Assembly (NCBI GenBank): GCA_016745075.1
Contig: JADGDD010000003.1
Coordinates: forward strand, 327,333 to 391,332
DNA from: Planctomycetota bacterium
Lineage (GTDB): Bacteria > Planctomycetota > UBA11346
Length of the DNA: 64,000 nt
Direction: 5' to 3'
The notes beneath the pieces are model-generated. The model saw only the letters and a list, made by a program, of their open reading frames with translations. It did no database searches and had not been told where the DNA came from. Position numbers and translations under genes: made by a program. Shown here in pieces: positions 40,301-50,181 of the stretch (the first letter of the stretch is position 1; the number at the start of each line of letters is the position of its first letter).

Positions 40301-41213
40301 CCCGTTTTTGAAAACGGGGCAAAATCTTATTGAAGTAATTGGCATTACTCAGACGAGTGGTTTTGATGTGTTGGTGGATGGCAAACTTGTTTATGCTGAT
40401 GGTCGAGAGGCATTTTTTGTAACCGATAAAAACTGGTCTGTTGCAGGATTAGGAGAGAAGTTGGGGCCAGTTTGTATTTTACGAAATCAATACAAAGACC
40501 CGAATTGGATACATCTATGGAATCGCCCACACCCTTTACCGGAAAGCTCTTGGTTAGAAGGAGATCATTTTAAGGGCTCAGTATATCAGGTTTCACCATA
40601 TGCGATTACTGCATCACAGGTTTTGGAAACCCTAGAATGGACTATTCCGCCAGGGGTGGAGAAAATGTTTATACCACTTCTTTCAGAAGGGGAATTGAAG
40701 ATAGAGGGAAGGTGTTTTCCTGTGCAACCTACACACAAAGAACTTCCATTGAATCGAACAGGGAAAAAGGCGTGTCGTGTAACATTAACGGTGCCAGCAG
40801 GTTTAAATAATTCCCGAGGTGGACATTTAGAAAACTTTATCCGCTACGATGTTGGTAAAGGTCTTATCGGGTTGGGAGATTGGGATGAATATGGGCTTGG
40901 TGCTTACTCTGGAGGCGTTCGTTATACGCAAGCGTTCGAGTGTGGAGAAGCAGGCAAGCAGGCCATTCTAGATCTGGGGGATGTTCGGGGAAGTGTTGAT
41001 GTTGTGGTGAATGGGACGCACTGCTCGACTCTTATTGCGGCCCCTTATCGTTGTGATATTTCACAGGCGATTCAGGCCGGAGCAAATAATCTGGAAATAA
41101 CACTCTACAATACCTTAGCTTCTTACATTGAAGCAACCAGTCCAACTAATTATGTTTTCAAAGATCAAACCCGTTCTGGTCTCTACGGTCCAGTTCATGT
41201 GGAGTATGTGTAA
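37329..41213 (+). CDS. large glycoside hydrolase, GH106 (alpha-L-rhamnosidase)-like, with C-terminal beta-sandwich domains
   Basis: PVPLWWWSG, FSDEWW, MKIWLYDQ.GFSG, FQDELP, WRQPYW; C-terminal LDLGDV...VNG...PY..DI...G.N.LEI..YNT, SGLYGPV. Confidence 0.7.
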   Translation: MVPIQEKLFDIIKNPPRDFCPVPLWWWSGEKIETERLQWQMDRFCEGGVYQLVIFNLAPTSPLYGCDQDDPPLFSDEWWTLVKEVCEYARTLGMKIWLYDQLGFSGANFQGQLVNQNAAFSGYWLESKTDILTEPGTVNIPDGCVSLGAWQRLCSESGANAWEQLETGCSSTLSGPHELRIVYYERRGYDYLSKEACSDLIDVIHGRFEEHLQPWFGDVVGGTFQDELPSMPTWSEHFLAQFSEQHGYSLAEKLPELWDADSDNHHLRIDFHRTRCALAEAAFFKPAFEWHERNGLLYGCDQQSPARCGDPVGGVEKYADYMETHKWYSAPGSDHDGDAKIHSSIAHLYDRPRVWIESFHSSGWGGTLEETFDWLLPWIRAGANLYDPHAVYYSTKGMWWEWAAPSTCWRQPYWKHYSVFSNAVSRLCALMTEGEHLADAALLYPATAVMSDMSPSGPLGNAEAVTRSYEKLNGIMEWKKPTAGWFENIGVDYDVVNESSVAAAEIAGNRIRIGTEWFSSLVLPECSLIEENAFRKILAFANNGGRIVVTGQTPNLNDEDKALWQHCCDQGAIVFAEDESSFAKSIRRSGRGVVCDHVTLHRQEGDMNWLLVTAAKSMATEVDTSPKKWYERKAYTFDRERYQERVNVRLPEQQCRAYQYHIFSGKIEELPVDADGSVAVGFDSCPATVLFWSHSELAFPCENRNVFAAGSKKTALTGDWQSELLPTAQNDFDDFGNCFTEGGSVLTHKLEWSAGGDSTSTAFAGYGVRGHSFGPVDGEASLPAVHSTSVEAWKPVEYSLSRGIWKDPICQESQGPKGHVPEEFIHFGGYDPGEMFQFKCCFDWDGDANIYLAIGAGASKQVWLNGVFIDGEDSGYLWMEQCSLKQGQNVLEFRLRNDSQHNINLRAFWSIVKDPVLFKRPERIIKDESKEAGRELTFSHVLHLEDMPEQAEMHVFVSGICRIQVNGKEIGRQGGFEPYKIAPSVKPYEIIPFLKTGQNLIEVIGITQTSGFDVLVDGKLVYADGREAFFVTDKNWSVAGLGEKLGPVCILRNQYKDPNWIHLWNRPHPLPESSWLEGDHFKGSVYQVSPYAITASQVLETLEWTIPPGVEKMFIPLLSEGELKIEGRCFPVQPTHKELPLNRTGKKACRVTLTVPAGLNNSRGGHLENFIRYDVGKGLIGLGDWDEYGLGAYSGGVRYTQAFECGEAGKQAILDLGDVRGSVDVVVNGTHCSTLIAAPYRCDISQAIQAGANNLEITLYNTLASYIEATSPTNYVFKDQTRSGLYGPVHVEYV

Positions 41214-41235
41214 GCAATTTTGTTGAGCATTCTGG

Positions 41236-41276
41236 TGTGGGGTCGTATTGAACATATTACATACGATACCCACGCC
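41236..41276. terminator. imperfect hairpin between convergent GH and sulfatase genes
   Basis: GTGGGGTCGTAT...ATACGATACCCAC. Confidence 0.35.
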
Positions 41277-41347
41277 ACCTTCTCTGAGTTAATTGCGGCT
41301 AAAATAGGCTACGTTTGTTTGCAGAAGGGTTCTCTATAAAAATGAGT

Positions 41348-42754
41348 TTACTGACAAATGCCCAAACCCATCCAGTTCAAAACATTACTTGGATCAATAT
41401 CGGAATTTGTTTTATGCAAATTGAGTAATTGCCCATCTGTGAGATGTTCATGCTGCTCGTTTTGTAAATGTGCAATAAAACGTTTTCGCAAACGCGCTAG
41501 CAATGCACTGTTTTCAGAAAGGTCATGTTCATCAAGTGGGTCACAGCTTTTATCAAAGACCAATTCTTTACCATCATCAGCAAAATACAGATACTTGTAC
41601 CGACCATCATGAAAAAAGTGATTATTGTTAATTTGCCCATGTAAATCATCTCGGATAGAGTCCTGCTCCCCATAGACCAGAGGTAAAATATTCTTACCCG
41701 TTACGTCATCAGGACAGGGAGCTCCTGCCAGTGCGCAAAAAGTTGGTAACAAATCAGCAAGTTCAATCAGCGCAGAAGTTTTTGCATTGCGCAGGGTTTG
41801 CATAGATTTTGGGAAACGCATAATAAATGGTAGACGGACTGAAGGGTCAAGCATACTCCCTTTGAAACATGTTCCGTAATCTCCGAGCATTTCTCCGTGG
41901 TCTGTTGTGAAAACAATAATGGTATTTTCCCATAGACCATTGCGCATGAGCGTACCAAATAGTCGGCTTAAATGATGATCAACCCGAGTCACCATACCGT
42001 AATAGACACCGCGCATTTTTCGTTTTTCGACAGCATTCATGTGAGAAAAACTATTGCCGTTTTGAATGTCTTTGAGAGACCAAGGAAGTCTCTCATCCTG
42101 ACACCATTCCGGCATTACTGGATCAGGAATATCCTCATTATCGTACATGCTGTAATATGGTTCATAAGTGACATTTGGTGGATGCGGATCTAAAAGGGAA
42201 GTCCAGAGAAAAAATGGCCGTTCTTTTTCTCGGTCATCTAACCAGTCAATGCTCTCTTGAATGGCCCAACTTGTTGTGGAAAACTCTTCAGGAGCAGTGT
42301 GGAGCATTGGTGTCATTTCATTGGCACCAATAAGTGAGGGCGGTAGTTTACCATATTTACGCACTGCTGCTCGACCTCTGGCTTTGTTTCCTCGGTACAC
42401 TTCAAACCCAGCTTGAAAAGTTGGATCGGTATGCCAGTGAGTTTTACCCATTAAAGCCGTTTGATACCCTGCTTGAGTCATCAAACTTCCCAAAAAGTCG
42501 TTCCGATGACGTTCAATACGATGGTGAGCAGCAAAAGCTGGCATGCCATACTGATGAGATTGAATACCGGTAATCATGGTTGTTCGTGCGGGAATACATA
42601 CCGGACAATCGGTATAAGCTTGATCAAAAAGAATACCCTCTTTGGCGAGCATATCTAAATGAGGTGTTCGTTGGCATGGGTGGCCTGAACAGCCCAAAGC
42701 ATCTGGGCGTTGTTGATCTGTGGTAATAAACAAGATATTTGGTTGTTCACTCAT
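41348..42754 (-). CDS. formylglycine-dependent sulfatase (S1)
   Basis: PNILFITTDQQR, CIPARTTMITG (CxPxR), GKTH, DPHPP, FTTDHG. Confidence 0.95.
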   Translation of the reverse strand: MSEQPNILFITTDQQRPDALGCSGHPCQRTPHLDMLAKEGILFDQAYTDCPVCIPARTTMITGIQSHQYGMPAFAAHHRIERHRNDFLGSLMTQAGYQTALMGKTHWHTDPTFQAGFEVYRGNKARGRAAVRKYGKLPPSLIGANEMTPMLHTAPEEFSTTSWAIQESIDWLDDREKERPFFLWTSLLDPHPPNVTYEPYYSMYDNEDIPDPVMPEWCQDERLPWSLKDIQNGNSFSHMNAVEKRKMRGVYYGMVTRVDHHLSRLFGTLMRNGLWENTIIVFTTDHGEMLGDYGTCFKGSMLDPSVRLPFIMRFPKSMQTLRNAKTSALIELADLLPTFCALAGAPCPDDVTGKNILPLVYGEQDSIRDDLHGQINNNHFFHDGRYKYLYFADDGKELVFDKSCDPLDEHDLSENSALLARLRKRFIAHLQNEQHEHLTDGQLLNLHKTNSDIDPSNVLNWMGLGICQ

Positions 42755-43304
42755 GATAACTCTCCGTATTTGTGTACGAACAATCAGTACGCCGAGTCAG
42801 GCGTATGGCCGAATTGTATTTTCATAAATATTCTCACTTTGAGAAAAGTAAGAAAGCTTACCGTTCATTCTCAATGTCACTTTTTGTTGTGGAGACTACA
42901 TATTCTTCATGGAAACGGCAAGCTTTCCATGAAGGAGCTTCTGTTGCTAGACGAGGAGCTTTCCTCAAAAGATTGATTAAGACAGGAAAAGTGTGTTCTG
43001 TTTTTTTGAAATATCCACTGATATAATGAACGGGAACTCAGCAATGGGGGTGGAGATGGCCGAGTGGACGTTCTTTTGTATCAATAGCCGTCTATTATTG
43101 TTGAGGAACAGAAGAAGCCTTCCGTCAAGACGATCAGACTTACGTCTCAGAAGATAACTTTTTGCTGTCAGTCATACATCTTAATCGTGTTGGAATGGTT
43201 TGTATAGGTGTTCTTCAACGATATTTGTACACTTCATGATACGATACATTTTATGAAATTAGATCCCAGCATCTGGCTGGACGAATACATCTGTAGGAGC
43301 GCTT

Positions 43305-43676
43305 ATGTCACTATTTGTTCTCAAAGAACTTGTGTACTTTTGCCACAAGATGGAAGAAATGTTATTCTTCTACACAACGGTATTGGGCATGCAGCACTTA
43401 AACGCTAATATTGCGGAACATACAGGTAATTGGGTCGAACTTGGGTGCCCTGCTTTTAAATTATGTCTGCATGCAGCGGCAGAGCCTGACTGTAAACCGC
43501 GGACTAACAAAAACAAATTAATATTTCATACTATTAAGATAACAGATGCGCGTCAGCATTTAGCAGCGCAGGGTGTACCCATAGTCGAGAGTAAAACATG
43601 GCCATCAAAACACATTTTGGAAATGTATGACCCAGAAGGCAATTGTGTTCAGATCGCAGAGATGCGCTCAGAATAA
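43305..43676 (+). CDS. VOC/glyoxalase family protein
   Basis: FYTTVLG, C-terminal DPEGN.VQI; AGGAG RBS. Confidence 0.8.
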   Translation: MSLFVLKELVYFCHKMEEMLFFYTTVLGMQHLNANIAEHTGNWVELGCPAFKLCLHAAAEPDCKPRTNKNKLIFHTIKITDARQHLAAQGVPIVESKTWPSKHILEMYDPEGNCVQIAEMRSE

Positions 43677-43683
43677 CAGTTGT

Positions 43684-45018
43684 TTAATAGTTTTCTGTTA
43701 CCCACATGCGTTCGATAATAAAATCAGTGTTATGATACGTGTGCAAAGTTAAACGCATACACTGGGTCTCTGGTTCTGTTGGTGTTAGATAATCTGGGTC
43801 ATTACTGAAATCGGTAAAATGTTCGAGCGGTATGCTAACGGTCTGCCATGTATCGGGTTGCCACGTTGTTGATTGCCGTGTTTTGTATGTATAACGCCAA
43901 GAATTATGTTTGTTGGTGGATAAACGTAGATTGATAAAGGCATGTTTTTGATGTTTAAAAGTCAGATGGAGAACCATGTCTGAACGTATTGGGAATAATG
44001 GTTTGTTGGTAGCAGTATCGAGCAGATTTATAACGCGGTGATTCTCATAATCAAGATTATGGCGTTCATGTAAGGGTTGGTGTAAGAGACTGGCCCCTGT
44101 TGCACCATAGGGTAAGACGGCATTGGTGCTAGTGTGTAAATCTACGAAAGGGCTTTCATGAGAAAACTCTTCTAAGAAAATGGTGTTTCCACGAAAGAGT
44201 TGCGTTTGTTCAGCAGAGATGTGGCCAAGCGCATGAAGTGTTTTGTGGTCGGCACGTATTGTTTCATTGGCGCGCACGGTTTGTTGACCATACTCCGTTG
44301 TACATTCAACAGTGCCTTCTTGCATGATGAGAAGACTCTCGTTTTGTTCTGCAAGAATAGTAAAGCGAGTTCCTAGCACTTTTGTTTGCATATGAGATGT
44401 GGTGATAATAAGTGGTCGTTCATGCAGTTGTGGTAATACGTCGGCTTCAAGGAGGCCATATTTCAAAATAATGCCTTGCTGTGTGTCAGAGTTTTTCCAA
44501 GTAACCATGGCGGGCCCGTTAATAACAATGCGCGTACGGTCAGCGTGGAATAATTCAACTGAACTTTGGGAAGCAATATTGAGGCTATCTCCATTATGCA
44601 GCACGCTCTCAAAGGAGAGGGTGCTGCTACTCTGATCATGAATGAGACTTGCTGTACCGTGTACGCGGCTGATCGTTGCAATGGGGTCTGGTTGTAACAA
44701 GAAAAAGGTGAGACTCAGTAGCACAAGCGCTGCAATGGCAAAGAGTACTGAGGTCCGTGAAAACAATATTATGGAAGTTGGTGAGTCATCCGTCGGAAGA
44801 ACCGGTGTTTGAAAAGACTCTTCTGCCCGCAAACATTTGGTGATTTCACCCATCTGTTTCACTACATGGACATAACAGAGTCGGTGCTCTTCACTACGGG
44901 TGAGCATCTCTTCAATCTCTTCCACTTCACTATCACTACAGTCTTCTGCAAAGTAGCGTAGCAGTAAAGCGGTGAAATCATGCATCTCTTCATCCATAGC
45001 TGTATCGTGGGCGTTCAT
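43684..45018 (-). CDS. FecR-domain anti-sigma factor with C-terminal beta-sandwich domain
   Basis: N-terminal anti-sigma helices, one TM segment, VLGTRF and EGTV FecR motifs; ATGA overlap with the ECF sigma gene. Confidence 0.85.
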   Translation of the reverse strand: MNAHDTAMDEEMHDFTALLLRYFAEDCSDSEVEEIEEMLTRSEEHRLCYVHVVKQMGEITKCLRAEESFQTPVLPTDDSPTSIILFSRTSVLFAIAALVLLSLTFFLLQPDPIATISRVHGTASLIHDQSSSTLSFESVLHNGDSLNIASQSSVELFHADRTRIVINGPAMVTWKNSDTQQGIILKYGLLEADVLPQLHERPLIITTSHMQTKVLGTRFTILAEQNESLLIMQEGTVECTTEYGQQTVRANETIRADHKTLHALGHISAEQTQLFRGNTIFLEEFSHESPFVDLHTSTNAVLPYGATGASLLHQPLHERHNLDYENHRVINLLDTATNKPLFPIRSDMVLHLTFKHQKHAFINLRLSTNKHNSWRYTYKTRQSTTWQPDTWQTVSIPLEHFTDFSNDPDYLTPTEPETQCMRLTLHTYHNTDFIIERMWVTENY

Positions 45019-45554
45019 GCAGGTTCTCCCTGTAGTAACTTCCCATTGACGCAGGTTTCTAATTTTCTATGGGTTTTGGTCAAAGAAGCATTGGCACTGG
45101 TCAGTTTAAGCCCCATTGCATCTGCCAAATCTTGTCCTGTAAGCCCATCAAAGTAGCGATGTTGAATAATCTGCCGAGCCTTAGGTGCTAAGTGGGTGAG
45201 GCAATCTCGCAAAGCAGCAATTCGTGTTGTTTCAGGGTGGGCATCGTCCTGTTGCCACGTTTCTTCCAATAAGTCCATCACTTCAGAAGAAATCTTCTTG
45301 GTTTTCTGTCGTTTAATCTTCTTCACCGCGTTCAGAGCTTCAAAGCGAGCAATTTGTCGTGCCCACGGAGCAAACCCCTCTATATCAGTCAACTGCTCAC
45401 TCTTACGCATTACCACCAGCAGCACATCTTGCAGAATATCCTCAGTCGCATGAAAATCACTGACAATGGCATACACATAACCAAACAACATCCCCCAGCA
45501 CTCCATAAAGCGCTGCACCACCTGTTCCTGTCTTTCTTGCTGCTCCATATCCAT
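45015..45554 (-). CDS. ECF sigma-70 factor
   Basis: EDILQDV, FAPWARQIA, LRDCL..L....R.II..RY, sigma region 4 HTH. Confidence 0.92.
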   Translation of the reverse strand: MDMEQQERQEQVVQRFMECWGMLFGYVYAIVSDFHATEDILQDVLLVVMRKSEQLTDIEGFAPWARQIARFEALNAVKKIKRQKTKKISSEVMDLLEETWQQDDAHPETTRIAALRDCLTHLAPKARQIIQHRYFDGLTGQDLADAMGLKLTSANASLTKTHRKLETCVNGKLLQGEPA

Positions 45555-45783
45555 TATACTCTTAAACGTCCCCGTCTCGCAATAACTAACCAAAATATTT
45601 GAAAGAAGAAGAGATGGTTGGAGGTGTTTGGAGAAGGTATTAGATAAAGAGTATGACAGACAGGAGGAAGTGGTTATTGATAAAAACGCACTGGCATTAA
45701 TCTTTCTTCAGCAGATGATGGGTGTCGATTGTTTCGGAAGAAAGGAAACAGAATAATGCTAATTCGGGTATAAGGGGCTATGA

Positions 45784-47688
45784 ATGGAAGATGATAATAA
45801 AAAGAGTAGTGAAACGCGACAAGTACTTAGACGAAGAGGCGGTGGAGAGAGGAAAGCACGTCGAAGGGAAAAGAAGGCCGCGCGTAGGAAGATGTTTAAG
45901 AATGTACTCGGAGTTCTAGCGGCTCTGTTTTTAACTGCTGCTACATGGTTTGTATCTGACCTCGCGTCTATGGATGAAGAGGAGGCGATGGCGTACTTGG
46001 ATGAAGTTATCTTAAAGGATATACCTTTGAATGGATTGAGTACCATTGCTCTGGTGGGAGTGGCAGAAGATAACGAAACTGAGGACTCGGTTCGAAAAAG
46101 AATCGTAAATTTTTTGATGCATCAGGATGATATTGTTATCACTGATGTCTTTGGTGACCCTTTTGAGTTATTTGTTACGATAGTTACAGAAAGGTCTGAC
46201 TTGAATTCAATTAGAGGATATGAGGAGTTGTATTTATGGTTACTGGATAATGCTCAAGGGAAATCGATAGAGAAATTATTGACTCATGCCAGCCAGAATA
46301 TAACGATAGAAGAAAGACTTATTCTGTTGGGTGTTTTTAGGGAAAGTCGGGACTCAAGTGCTTTAGACTTTGCGCGTGAGCAGATTGTATCGGGCGATTC
46401 TCTACTAAAATTTGAGGCGGCGCGAGTTATTGGCTCATGTGGGTCTGTAGATAATACAGAAGAGTTACAAGCTTATGTCAATGAATGCATAAGTGGTTCA
46501 GTAAGCGATATAGTTAAAGCGTGGGGTCTAATAAGTTTAGCACATTTGGATGTTCAATTAGCAAAGCAGACTTTGCCTGCGCAGGATCACATTAAATCTT
46601 CGGTGATGTCAATGGTTCATCATCTGGTAAATGCGTTGTCTGGAGATGAACGGAGTTCTCTTCTCTTATTTCAGTTATTGAGGAGAAGTAGTTCGGAGGA
46701 TGAACATGAGGATGTTGTTGCATGGAATAAGCAGACAAAAGAATTCCTTATTGATGCACTTCTGTTTGTCGATTCAGAGATAGGAGACGAATTATTGAGG
46801 GGTTGGGTAGAGGTAGCGGTGAGTGGAGATGAGTTTAATGTGGGCAATGAGCGATCTCGGTTTGCGGTTTTACGTCACTTATGCATGGAGGTACCAGAGA
46901 AACTGCAAGATCGGAAAATGGGATATGGTCAGTGTTACAGTATCCCTTTTGTGGGTATGTCATTGGTGTCAACACGCTTTGTTCCAATTAGAGTTGCGCA
47001 CTTGGAAGCACTGGTTCGACCAGAAGCTCCTTTACGATCAGCTACAAATGAGGAATACGTCAAATTATTTGCTCCGCAACAAACAGGGATGATGATCAAA
47101 GATCTTAACTGTAAATATGAAGCTCTCGTAGAAAATGAAATGTTTTCATTACCCCGTTTAAGTAAAGGGAATCATGTTATTTTTGATGAATTATTTGCAT
47201 GTCCAATCTTGTACTCGTCGACAAAAATGCCAGATCAGTTACTGGCAGAGTTATTGCAAATAGAAAAAGTAATGTTGTCTATAGATAATATTTATGTTGA
47301 GTATAAAGGGTATAGATTGGCAGGCTTTGATGCGCATCGAGAGGAGTGTTCCTTAGCGTTACTCAGGCTGTCTTTAGGTTGTGAATATATGCGGTTGCTG
47401 GGAGGTCTTGTCTATTTTCTTGATGGTCTCGATATTGCAGATTCGTACAAAGACAAAACGCAGAGTTTTGCGAGAAGGTTGTTTGAATATATGAATGATA
47501 TGCAGGAATCTTTATCGCAAGAATTGGTGGACAATCCCTTGTATGATTGGCATGCCGTAATGTTAGACGGCTTAGGCTTACAGAAAGATATCAAAAAACG
47601 CCTTTCTTTATCTGCCTTGCTCAAAGAATATGATTTAACCATACGTGAAAAAATAAGTATAGGGCCTCATATCAGGGTAGGCAAATGA
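45784..47688 (+). CDS. hypothetical membrane-anchored protein with HEAT-like helical region
   Basis: 634-aa ORF; Arg/Lys-rich N-terminus, one TM segment, LKFEAARVIG HEAT-like segment. Confidence 0.55.
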   Translation: MEDDNKKSSETRQVLRRRGGGERKARRREKKAARRKMFKNVLGVLAALFLTAATWFVSDLASMDEEEAMAYLDEVILKDIPLNGLSTIALVGVAEDNETEDSVRKRIVNFLMHQDDIVITDVFGDPFELFVTIVTERSDLNSIRGYEELYLWLLDNAQGKSIEKLLTHASQNITIEERLILLGVFRESRDSSALDFAREQIVSGDSLLKFEAARVIGSCGSVDNTEELQAYVNECISGSVSDIVKAWGLISLAHLDVQLAKQTLPAQDHIKSSVMSMVHHLVNALSGDERSSLLLFQLLRRSSSEDEHEDVVAWNKQTKEFLIDALLFVDSEIGDELLRGWVEVAVSGDEFNVGNERSRFAVLRHLCMEVPEKLQDRKMGYGQCYSIPFVGMSLVSTRFVPIRVAHLEALVRPEAPLRSATNEEYVKLFAPQQTGMMIKDLNCKYEALVENEMFSLPRLSKGNHVIFDELFACPILYSSTKMPDQLLAELLQIEKVMLSIDNIYVEYKGYRLAGFDAHREECSLALLRLSLGCEYMRLLGGLVYFLDGLDIADSYKDKTQSFARRLFEYMNDMQESLSQELVDNPLYDWHAVMLDGLGLQKDIKKRLSLSALLKEYDLTIREKISIGPHIRVGK

Positions 47689-47801
47689 CGAGAATGATAA
47701 CTGGACTACAGGATGGAAGGGCATTGAGGTGTTGTTGATTTTCGGGTAGACAGTATCTACCGAATATTTACCTCATATTAGTGTCCATCCGTGGCTTAGA
47801 A

Positions 47802-48626
47802 CTATTCTTGTTCAAGTTGTTGTGTATAAATACGCCCATACCAATCATGATGATTGTTGCGATGTGGTAAGTTAAAAAGTATGAGGTTGTTTTCGTTTCG
47901 GGTGGGTATAGGCATGCCGCGGGCATCCCAGCCGCCAGAAGGAACCCAACTTTGTTTGTCTACGGTATTGCAGAGGGCGAGCGGTGTTGCGTTTTCGGCA
48001 GCGCGGCTCATGTAATGGGCGGGGATGATGGTGGGTTTCACGCCTTCATCTACGTCGGGGCCTGCCATGTGGGCAATGCTGAGGAAAGCGTCTGCACCAG
48101 CACGGAGTTGGTCTGCCCAAACGGTGGGGAAACGGAGGTCAAAACAGATGCTGATACCGCAGCGCCAGCCGTTTATGGTGGTTATGAGTGGTTTTGTACC
48201 TGCGACAAAGTGATTGGTATCTAGCGGAGTGAGGCACCGTTTGTGGTAGCGTTGCGGCGTGCTGGCTCCGCAGATGAAAGCATCGTTGCTGATGGTTTGT
48301 TGTCCGTTGGTAGTGCTTCGCACAGAGGCAGTGCCGAGTATCAGGTGGATACCTGCTTGCTCTGCACGAATGTGGAGCAGGTCTTCCTCATCGGCGTAAT
48401 GACACCAGTTTATGTCAGAAAGGTCGTCCCTTACTGCACTTGGGTAGCCACAGAGGGCGCATTCTGGGGTAAGCAAAACCTTTGCTTTAGCTGCTGCTGC
48501 GTTGTGGATAGCTTGTTCAATGGTGGCTCTATTGGCTTGCACATTGGCACTGGGAGTCATCTGCACACAGGCAACATGCAGGCTTTTTGTGGCTTCAGCG
48601 CTGGGGGCGGTACTGGGAATGGACAT
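47802..48626 (-). CDS. carbon-nitrogen hydrolase (nitrilase superfamily)
   Basis: VACVQM, LTPECALCGY (Glu), YHKRCL (Lys), ISICFDLRFP (Cys). Confidence 0.9.
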   Translation of the reverse strand: MSIPSTAPSAEATKSLHVACVQMTPSANVQANRATIEQAIHNAAAAKAKVLLTPECALCGYPSAVRDDLSDINWCHYADEEDLLHIRAEQAGIHLILGTASVRSTTNGQQTISNDAFICGASTPQRYHKRCLTPLDTNHFVAGTKPLITTINGWRCGISICFDLRFPTVWADQLRAGADAFLSIAHMAGPDVDEGVKPTIIPAHYMSRAAENATPLALCNTVDKQSWVPSGGWDARGMPIPTRNENNLILFNLPHRNNHHDWYGRIYTQQLEQE

Positions 48627-48667
48627 TCTTGATATGGTCAGCAATATGTGCGCCCGCGCAATAGGAG

Positions 48668-50110
48668 ATGCCCATTATGAGCCACGATCGCTACCAAAGC
48701 CCACTAACCAGCCGCTACGCTTCTGCCGAAATGGCATGGAACTTTTCTGATGATAAGAAGTTTCAAACATGGCGAAAACTGTGGATAGCCCTTGCTAAAT
48801 CCGAGCAAACATTGGGTTTAGAGATTACCAACGAACAAATTGAGCAGATGGAAGCCAATGTTGAAAATATCGATTATGAGCTTGCCGCAGTAGAAGAGAA
48901 AAAACGCCGTCACGATGTTATGGCACATGTTCATACTTTTGGCGAGTGTTGTCCAGATGCTGCACCTATTATTCATCTTGGTGCTACCTCATGTTTTGTT
49001 GGTGATAATACAGACCTCGTTGTTTTGCGTGATGGTCTAGATATTTTACTACCCAAATTAGCGACTGTTATAGACCGCTTTGCTGCTTTTGCTCGTGAGC
49101 ATGCCAGCCTACCAACTCTTGGCTTTACCCATTATCAACCAGCGCAGCTAACCACTGTTGGCAAACGCGCCTGCCTCTGGTTACAAGAATTAGTGATGGA
49201 TTTGCGCAATATTGAACGTTGTCGCAAAGACTTGCGTTTCCGTGGGGTAAAAGGCACCACTGGCACCCAAGCAAGCTTCCTGACCTTGTTTGACGGTGAT
49301 CACGATAAAGTGGAAGAACTAGACCGCCTTGTTACTGCTGCTGCTGGTTTTGATAGCGCTTACATTGTTACTGGTCAAACTTATAGCCGTAAAGTTGATG
49401 TTGATATTCTGTCTGCTCTTGGCAGCTTCGGTGCAACCGCTCATAAGATCGCAACAGATATTCGTCTGCTTGCCAACCTTAAAGAAATTGAAGAACCATT
49501 TGGCAAAGATCAAATTGGTTCATCGGCTATGGCCTACAAGCGTAACCCAATGCGCAGCGAGCGCTGTTGTAGCCTTGCTCGTCATTTAATGGTCCTTGTT
49601 GGTGACGCACAGCACACTGCTGCTGTTCAATGGATGGAACGTACCCTAGATGATAGCGCCAACCGCCGTATTAGTCTTGCCGAAGCATTCCTGACTGCTG
49701 ACATTGTGTTGTCTATTTTACAAAACGTTAGTGAAGGTTTGGTGGTTTATCCAAAAGTGATCGAACGTCGTATCAATTCCGAATTACCATTTATGGCAAC
49801 TGAAAACGTGATTATGGCAATGGTACAAGCTGGTGGTGATCGCCAAGAATGCCATGAAGAAATTCGTGTCTTATCACATGAAGCGGCAGCCGTGGTGAAA
49901 CAAGAAGGCGGTGATAACGATTTGATCCAACGCATTCGTAATACCGCGTATTTTGCACCAATTCATGATCAACTTGATGCATTGCTTGACCCATCCACCT
50001 TCACTGGCCGCGCTCCAGAACAAGTTGCTCGCTTCCTTGCAGAAGAAGTTGATGTCTGTCTTGCTCCATACGCAGGTGGTTTGGATGGTAGCAGCGAACT
50101 CAGTGTGTAG
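48668..50110 (+). CDS. purB: adenylosuccinate lyase
   Basis: [55 protein letters not shown]. Confidence 0.97.
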   Translation: MPIMSHDRYQSPLTSRYASAEMAWNFSDDKKFQTWRKLWIALAKSEQTLGLEITNEQIEQMEANVENIDYELAAVEEKKRRHDVMAHVHTFGECCPDAAPIIHLGATSCFVGDNTDLVVLRDGLDILLPKLATVIDRFAAFAREHASLPTLGFTHYQPAQLTTVGKRACLWLQELVMDLRNIERCRKDLRFRGVKGTTGTQASFLTLFDGDHDKVEELDRLVTAAAGFDSAYIVTGQTYSRKVDVDILSALGSFGATAHKIATDIRLLANLKEIEEPFGKDQIGSSAMAYKRNPMRSERCCSLARHLMVLVGDAQHTAAVQWMERTLDDSANRRISLAEAFLTADIVLSILQNVSEGLVVYPKVIERRINSELPFMATENVIMAMVQAGGDRQECHEEIRVLSHEAAAVVKQEGGDNDLIQRIRNTAYFAPIHDQLDALLDPSTFTGRAPEQVARFLAEEVDVCLAPYAGGLDGSSELSV

Positions 50111-50134
50111 CAACGCTGTTTGTATTGAATACAC

Positions 50135-50170
50135 AACAGGCCAATGTTTTATGCATTGGCCTGTTTTATT
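50135..50170. terminator. rho-independent terminator, probably bidirectional
   Basis: AACAGGCCAATG-TTTTATG-CATTGGCCTGTT followed by T-rich tail, between convergent purB and GH4. Confidence 0.8.
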
Positions 50171-50181
50171 GGTTTCTTGTG

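Noticed and set aside
42772-43300. Long intergenic region with short hairpins and an 84-aa ORF; considered riboswitch or ncRNA
   Set aside because: No recognisable Rfam-type consensus; an Infernal search would be needed
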